From: Octopus sinensis
Taxonomy: Eukaryota
Assembly: GCF_006345805.1 (NCBI RefSeq)
Contig: NC_042997.1
Span: 24,800,001 to 24,864,000 of the forward strand
Reading direction: 5' to 3'
Length of the DNA: 64,000 nt
Of this stretch, positions 57,442 to 64,000 are shown piece after piece (position 1 is the stretch's first letter; the number at the start of each line of letters is the position of its first letter). The notes under the pieces are model-generated. The model ran no database searches. It was not told the DNA's origin and was given only the letters and a program-made list of their open reading frames with translations. A program made the position numbers and the translations under genes.

Positions 57442-57541
57442 AGACTACACGTGTTTCATGAAAGTACTTCGGTATTGGTTAGATACGAGGTATCTAGTTT
57501 CAATACGTAATCGGGCCGACATACTCCCAATCTTCAGGTCT
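57442..57541 (-). ncRNA. Type I hammerhead H7 (CUGAAGA core, ~73 nt multi-helix stem II)
   Basis: Minus: AGAC-CUGAAGA-UUGGGAGUAUGUCGG...CCGAAGUACUUUCAU-GAAAC-acgu-GUA|GUCU. 13 of 15 stem II positions pair (with G-U). Inner helices are UAUUG/CAAUA and UAGAUAC/GUAUCUA. The first stem II pair is U-U. Confidence 0.7.
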
Positions 57542-57604
57542 GTATTCCTCAACATTTTTCACTACCCCTACCTCTTATATACCTCCATGATACTCTATAT
57601 CTTC

Positions 57605-57935
57605 AATATAATCTTAGTTAACATCATAAGCGGAAAGTGTAACCTATCGAAAGAGCTGTTCTTCACTCCTGCTCCAGAGCGTCGGCTGCGGGGTCATTCC
57701 GAAAAGCTGTATCTGCGACGATTTCATCTCAATCGAAGGAGAGGGGCTTTCTCCGTCCGGGTTGCGGATCCGTGGAATAAGCTGCCAGATGGTGAAGATG
57801 CCGACGACCTCTCGGTTCAAGGTCCCCCTTGACCTCAAGTGGCCTGAACTCTTTACATGAACACCTCCCTGTACATAACTCCATGTCCCCCTACATGGCC
57901 TTGCTTTTTGCTTTTTGAGCCAAAAAATTAACTAA
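57605..57935 (+). mobile_element. CR1-clade LINE 3' end
   Basis: IISGK...RLRGHSEKL...RRGAFSVRVADPWNKLP matches the CR1 C-terminal RGH..KL / RV...WN.LP motifs. Confidence 0.8.
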
Positions 57936-58670
57936 CTGACATATACAAGTGAATAGAAATACAAATAACAAATAAAAATAATAACTGAATATTAAAAATA
58001 ATAGTAATAATATATATATATATATGATAGATCTTTAGCTACTACACACATTTTTTCTCTCCTTGTTTCTCTCCTTGTTTCTTCTGTGTACCTTTCTGTA
58101 GAAGAGCGTAGGCTCGAAACGTAAAATACTTTTTCTATTCCTTAGCGCTATACTAATACATCTGTTTATTTGTACACCACCTGCCTTCGTCTTTTGTTTA
58201 TTTTCGTAAACTTTCCCTTCATATATATATATATACAATAGCAAGATGCATTTTGAGGGATATTTGTCCCGTATTTCTAACGAAAAGCGTGTCCATATAG
58301 TATCTCTTTTGTTGCCTACATATGAGATCGTGGTTTTTCTGAAGCTTGTTTTCAGGAAATACTTAAGGGCATTTCAATTACGACAGTTCCGTTTAAAGTC
58401 ATATAATCCAATGTCTCGTTGATATTTTAAGACAATAGCAGAGTGTGATTTAGGTCGATTTGGCTTCTATTTCTAACAGGTAGTCTATCCGTAATTAGCT
58501 TAGTGTCATTTCATAACAATGATCTAGGTTGTGATACATTCAAATAAAAGTCTAAATATGCACTGCTTCCTAAGGTAAAGTGCCAAATTTTCGTGGGATG
58601 ATGGCATTTGTTGTGGTGAACTGTCCTATCTGATAGTGAGGATTAATACCATTACGTGTTTGCGTTACCC

Positions 58671-59018
58671 TATGGATGGATGGAAGCACTCCGTCGGTTA
58701 CGACGATGAGGGTTCCAGTTGATCCGAATCAACGGAACAGCCTGCTCGTGAAATTAATGTGTAAGTGGCTGAGCACTCCACAGACACGTGCACCCTTAAC
58801 GTAGTTCTCGGGGATATTCAGCGTGACACAGAGAGTGACAAGGCCGGCCCCTTGAAATACAGGTACAACAGAAACAGGAAGTAAGAGTGAGAGAAAGTTG
58901 TGGTGAAAGAGTACAGCAGGGATCACCACCATCCCCTGCCGGAGCCTCGTGGAGCTTTAGGTGTTTTCGCTCAATAAACACTCACAATGCCCTAACCACT
59001 GCGCCATTGCGCCTCCAC
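58671..59018 (-). mobile_element. tRNA-derived SINE family C with 10-bp TSD
   Basis: Minus head TGGAGGCGCAATGGCGCAGTGGTTAGGG. TSD GTTACCCTAT. The empty site is present in the duplicate at about 59640. Confidence 0.85.
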
Positions 59019-59128
59019 TGTTACCCTATAATAATTATACGTATATGAAGACATAAAAATATCACTTTTTTGCTGAACATTATAAACAGTAAAAAAATTG
59101 CAGAAAATACCCAAAAATCATATAAATC

Positions 59129-59350
59129 CATACCAACCCACAACCCCAGAAACAATGAAGCATACAACACAATTGTACAAAAGTTACCTCTGCTCACTCA
59201 AGACCCGAAAATGAACAGCATCCTAAATACACGCAATCTACTAAAATGCAAAAGACAAGACAAATCACTTAAGAGACTCCTAGCAAATGCAAAACTATAC
59301 TTAATACATACGATACCAACAGTTAAAAAATGCAGACGACGTAATTGTGG
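59129..59350 (+). mobile_element. Penelope-like RT-to-endonuclease linker fragment
   Basis: THNPRNNEAY...LPLLTQDPKMNSIL...KCKRQDKSLKRLL...TVKKCRRRNCG matches the PLE linker pattern KRQPxxLxxLL...CxxxxC. Confidence 0.7.
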
Positions 59351-60067
59351 TTCCGTTTAAATTCGTGTTATCCAATGTCTCGTTGATATTTTAAGACAAT
59401 AGTAGAGTGTGATTTAGGACGATTTAGCTTCTATTTCTAACAGGTCGTGATGATACGTAGTGTATCCGTAATTAGCTTCGTATTGCTTCATAACAACGAA
59501 CTAGGTTAGTACAGATCAAAGCAGGTCAATCGTCTTGTGATGCATTCAAATAAAAGTCTAAATATGCACTGATTCCTAATGAAAAATTCCAAATTTTCGT
59601 GGACTGATGACATTTGTTGTGGTGAGCTGTCGTACGTGTTTGCGTTAAACTATCATAATTATACGTATATGAAGACATAGATATATCACTTTTTTTGCTG
59701 GAAAATATAAACAGTAACAAAATTGCAGAAAATACCCTAAAATAATACAAATCCTTTAAATAGCTTAAATATATATATATATAGATGTATAACACTTTCA
59801 GTGATCAAATGCATATTTGAAGATGGGCAGATATGTAAACATATAGTTTATTCTGAAACCAAAATATTGTCAACAATGAATTCGAAATTTTGGCCATTTA
59901 AGTCATTGTATGCATGTGTGTGTATGTATATATGTGTATATATATGTAAATATATGTATTTATATATATATATATATATAAATATATATAGCACCAGGTG
60001 GTGCTATTAAGTTAGACATGGCCTGGGCCAATAATGGCCGAAACCTATCAAAGTATCAAAGTATGTA

Positions 60068-60221
<154 letters not shown>

Positions 60222-60294
60222 GTATGTATATCTATTTATCTATCTATCTATCTATCTATCTATCTCTCTGTCTCTCTGTCTCTCTGTCTCTATC

Positions 60295-60358
<64 letters not shown>

Positions 60359-60479
60359 TACACATATACATACGAACAAGCATACACTTGGTCACTGTTA
60401 AATCTGCACAGATGGTTGCTGTGTGTATGTATGTTTGTGCATGTGTGTTGTTTTTCTTTTTGTCATCTGTGATTTTAGT

Positions 60480-60740
60480 TTTGATCTTCTATAGAAACGA
60501 AGATATTTCCTCCGTCTGGCAGCTTTTCTCTCTACAAAACGGGAAGTTACATTGCGGAACTATCATTTTAACGAGTTGCATTTATTTATCATTCGAAGAG
60601 GTACATCTGCACCGCCGGATGCTCTTGAACCAGTTGTTGAGTGTCCCACACATGAGGGATCGGTGCTAGATGTATCAAAACAATTGTCGTGATTAATAAT
60701 AAATTCTTGTATATTCCATCTTCCGTCTTTCATTTGCCAT
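60480..60740 (+). mobile_element. Penelope-like terminal-repeat fragment (same family as 26.3 kb)
   Basis: Aligns by eye to the reverse complement of 26262-26500 and ends at (TA)n. Confidence 0.75.
60588..60693 (+). ncRNA. Decayed hammerhead H8 (third copy of the H2/H3 family)
   Basis: AUCAU-UCGAAGA-GGUACAUCUGCACCG...CGGUGCUAGAUGUAUC-AAAAC-aauu-GUC|GUGAU. The core is mutated but stems I and II are retained. Confidence 0.55.
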
Positions 60741-60765
60741 ATATATATATATATATATATATAAA

Positions 60766-60988
60766 CAATTGTAGCGTGAATATAATAAGCCATTTAAAAC
60801 ACACAAAAACAGTTAGATTCACTTCAACATGTAAATTTAATTCCGTACAGCACGGAATTCTGTCAGTGAACAGGTCATAGTCTCAAAGCGACGAAAATGT
60901 TTTGGCAAATTAAATTTAAATCGTGAAGTGAATCTAACGGTTTTTGTGTGTTTTAAATGGCTTATAAACACCTTCCACGCTGCAATTG
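60766..60988. mobile_element. MITE with ~75-bp imperfect TIRs
   Basis: CAATTG(T/C)AGCGTG...ATAAGCCATTTAAAACACACAAAAAC(A/C)GTTAGATTCACTTCA occurs inverted at both ends. Possible AATT target duplication. Confidence 0.8.
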
Positions 60989-61068
60989 TTTTCGTTCCAG
61001 CACACGATCTCAGATCAGGTCACTTGCTATGAAAGTACATCTCTGTAATACACACACACACACACGCA

Positions 61069-61110
<42 letters not shown>

Positions 61111-61156
61111 CGAACAAACATACATATGGTGATTGCTCCATCTTCACAGATGATTG

Positions 61157-61194
<38 letters not shown>

Positions 61195-61692
61195 TTCTTT
61201 TTTTCATTCTTTGAATATAATAAAAGAAATATTAAGCAGACAGACAAAATGTCAGATGTTTGTATTCTGAAAAGATTTTGTATTGTTTCATTATTTAAAC
61301 CACTGAAATACATTTATGATATATATAGGCCAGTCATCACTCACCTAGCTTTGGCAATTAGATATACCAAATAAGCTTTTGAATTGTTTAACTAATTTCC
61401 TCAAAAAGACTTTTTGTTTCAGCGTGAATAGGTCATTGGTATACATATGTTGAATACAGAAATTGTAGTTTTGCCCCAGATTGTTTAATCTTTTAGCTAT
61501 TGTTAATAGGTACGTCATTCATGTATGAAATGCAGTTAAACTTCTACAGCAGATTACAGAAAATAATAAAACAATATGATTTTGATAATAGATACAATGA
61601 TTTGATTTGTCCCGTGGACTAATAAATATATCATTTCGGACATGTGTCCTTTTTCTTCGGAGAGAGAAAGAAAGAAAGGAAGAGAGAGAGAG

Positions 61693-61727
<35 letters not shown>

Positions 61728-61970
61728 GAGTATTATGCATAGATGCATGAACGTATATACACTTAAATCTACATAATAGAAGCAGAAATGATTAGGTTAC
61801 TACGTACCAGTAAGTATCACAAGTATGTTAGACATATATATGTCTATATATCTATACGTATGTATATGCATATGTATATATGTATATATTTATGTATGTA
61901 TGTATATGTATATATATATGCATATATATATGTATATATTTATGCATGTATATGTATGTATATGTATATG

Positions 61971-62017
<47 letters not shown>

Positions 62018-62339
62018 GCAAGAAGTTGAGGTTATAGAGATAATGGTGTCATTGAGACCCAAAGGTGTCAGGTAATGCTGAATAAGTGCTATGAGACCTA
62101 TAAATGCTCTATTATCTATACAGCCTTGGTTTTTTTAAATCTTATACTTGTGCTTTTGAATGTATGGATTCTTTCCGTTTCCTCGCCTACTGTTATTTCT
62201 GTGTTATCTTGATGCTCTACGGTGGTTTAATTAAGAATTTTAGCTCTTATTTCTAGCAGGTGTATGCTTTTGTGCATCCTTACGCTTCCTGCAAATACTT
62301 TTATCTTATTACGCAAAATATTCTTATATATATATATAT

Positions 62340-63410
62340 CCGTTTTCGTTCTGTTGATATTTTCGTCTTCTTGTGATGTCCTGTACGTATATATATATAT
62401 TTATATATGCATGTATATATACATGTAGATGTCGGTACGTACATATATGTATGTATGTATGCATATATTTTATTTATTACACTATTGTCTGACAGCGCTT
62501 CGCGTCGATTTCGTTTGAATTTTCGATTTTTCGAATTCTCACTTCGTTCCGTCTCCTTCCTCCTTGTCCGTTTTTACAGTTTACTACAATGATGCGAAAC
62601 TCTCTCCCTTTGCTTTAACTTCCCCCCTCTCTCTCTCTCTCTCTCTCTCTTGCTCTCTCTACCTCACCCTTCTCTGTAGCCTGTGTCTTCCTCTATCTGT
62701 CTCTCTCTCTCTCTCTCCTACTCCTCCTCACTTTCGTCACTGCTAAACCTTTCCGCCTGTTGCATTCAGGCCCTAAGGTCATGTTTCCTCGCGCTCGCCA
62801 GGTACCCTCTCGTCCCAGCCAGAACAAAGGCCTCCGTTCGTCTTTTTCGTTTGTTCTCTTGTTTATTTTTGATTTCTCGTATTGTAATTTAATTCTCGTT
62901 ATGTATTTTCGTGTATATGTATCTTTAATTTTGTATTATTTTTTTCTTGTATGTATTTTTTTGTGCAGTTCTTTGTTACGTCCCTTTTTGTGTTACATTT
63001 TTTCTTGCTCGTTTACCCCTCTACGAGTTTATTTTATTTTAATTCCCTCGTAGGAAGGCCTAGCTTGACCTTACGTGTTCTGTCTCTGCCTTCGAAACAC
63101 GTGTCTGCTAGCGACAGCTGATGAAGGGGATTTTTCCTTGTGTAGCATGTCCTGTACTTCGTTTTTCTGCTGCACATAATTGTTTTTCCCGTTTTCGTTT
63201 TCGTTTCGTCTTGTTCCACGTCTCTGTCCTTCTGTTGTAACAAAATGTCTTCTCCGTTTTCGTTCTGTTGATTTTTTCGTCTTCTTGTGATGTCCTGTAC
63301 GTATATATATATATTTATATATGCATGTATATATACATGTAGATGTCGGTACGTACATATATGTTTGTATGTATGCATATATTTTATTTATTACACTATA
63401 TATATATATA
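62340..63410. repeat. Element with ~150-bp direct terminal repeats (62340-62490, 63256-63410) between (TA)n tracts
   Basis: CCGTTTTCGTTCTGTTGAT...ATTACACTAT is repeated about 915 bp apart. Confidence 0.75.
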
Positions 63411-63452
63411 TATATATTTGTTTTTGGTGCAAAACATTTATTAAACGCTATA

Positions 63453-63548
<96 letters not shown>

Positions 63549-63833
63549 AGCAGGTGTATGCTTTTATGAATCCTTACGCTTCGTGCAAATTTATAATTCA
63601 TAGCTAAATAAAGCTATTTGCTTGCGGACCACCTATGTTACTGCTGTTGATACCATCAGTTTTAAATTTTATTCACTGATGATATTTACAGTAGTAACAT
63701 CTTATTTAAAATCTCAGTGTTTGAATGTTTTTTTTCATAAATATTTCTCCACTAAATACTGTGTTTTGGGTGCAAAACAAAACCAGTACACTAGCGCAGT
63801 TTAATGTGACGGCCTTGAATTTTTACTCGGTAG

Positions 63834-63892
63834 TCCACACTGAAGAAGCCTTAAGGATTAAATTTCCAAAAGCCGAAACCCGGGTATGTGGA
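63834..63892 (+). ncRNA. Type I hammerhead H9, canonical core
   Basis: UCCACA-CUGAAGA-a-GCCUU...AAGCC-GAAAC-ccgg-GUA|UGUGGA. Perfect 6-bp stem I, palindromic ACCCGGGU, one C-C mismatch in stem II. Confidence 0.8.
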
Positions 63893-64000
63893 TGTCCTAA
63901 ACTGCGTTATCTTTCATAGTTGTGCTTTTGAATGTATTAATTCTTTCAATTTCCTCGCCTACTGTTATTTCTGTGTTATCTTGGTGCTGTACGGTGGTTT

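Larger units (their letters stand above)
58387..59756. repeat. Direct repeat (58387-59128 and 59351-59756) flanking a PLE fragment
   Basis: Roughly 400-bp homologous segments. The first is interrupted by SINE C. Confidence 0.8.

Noticed and set aside
58095-58130. (T/A)GAAGAGCGTAGGCTCGAAAC repeat (also reverse at 26075-26110)
   Set aside because: It resembles a ribozyme half but lacks C3 and the GUH site. At most a decayed repeat terminus.
59600-59640. CTGATGA in the direct repeat
   Set aside because: No GAAA and no stem I, and it is not conserved in the sister repeat.

Overview
AT-rich, microsatellite-saturated eukaryotic DNA. The SINE families look like those I recall from octopus/coleoid cephalopods; this is an inference, not a database result. 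I find no supportable host protein-coding gene, and most listed ORFs are translations of microsatellites. The window is a graveyard of mobile elements: at least four tRNA-derived SINE families; non-LTR retrotransposon remnants (Tx1/L1-like, Dong/R4-like RLE elements sitting in (TAA)n, RTE, CR1, Jockey/CR1-like RT, Penelope-like); a near-full Tigger/pogo transposon; mariner, Tc2-like and other MITEs; Helitron/Helentron-like elements; and a MULE remnant. There is one 100-N gap. The main hidden signal is nine type I hammerhead-ribozyme motifs in about seven unrelated sequence contexts. All have a minimal, (near-)palindromic stem III. Several have a CCGAnGA (U4C) core and/or a 45-85 nt structured stem II. 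They lie next to Penelope-like fragments and (TA)n tracts, and one tandem pair would release a 352-nt monomer. Many element boundaries were estimated by eye (about +/-20 bp).
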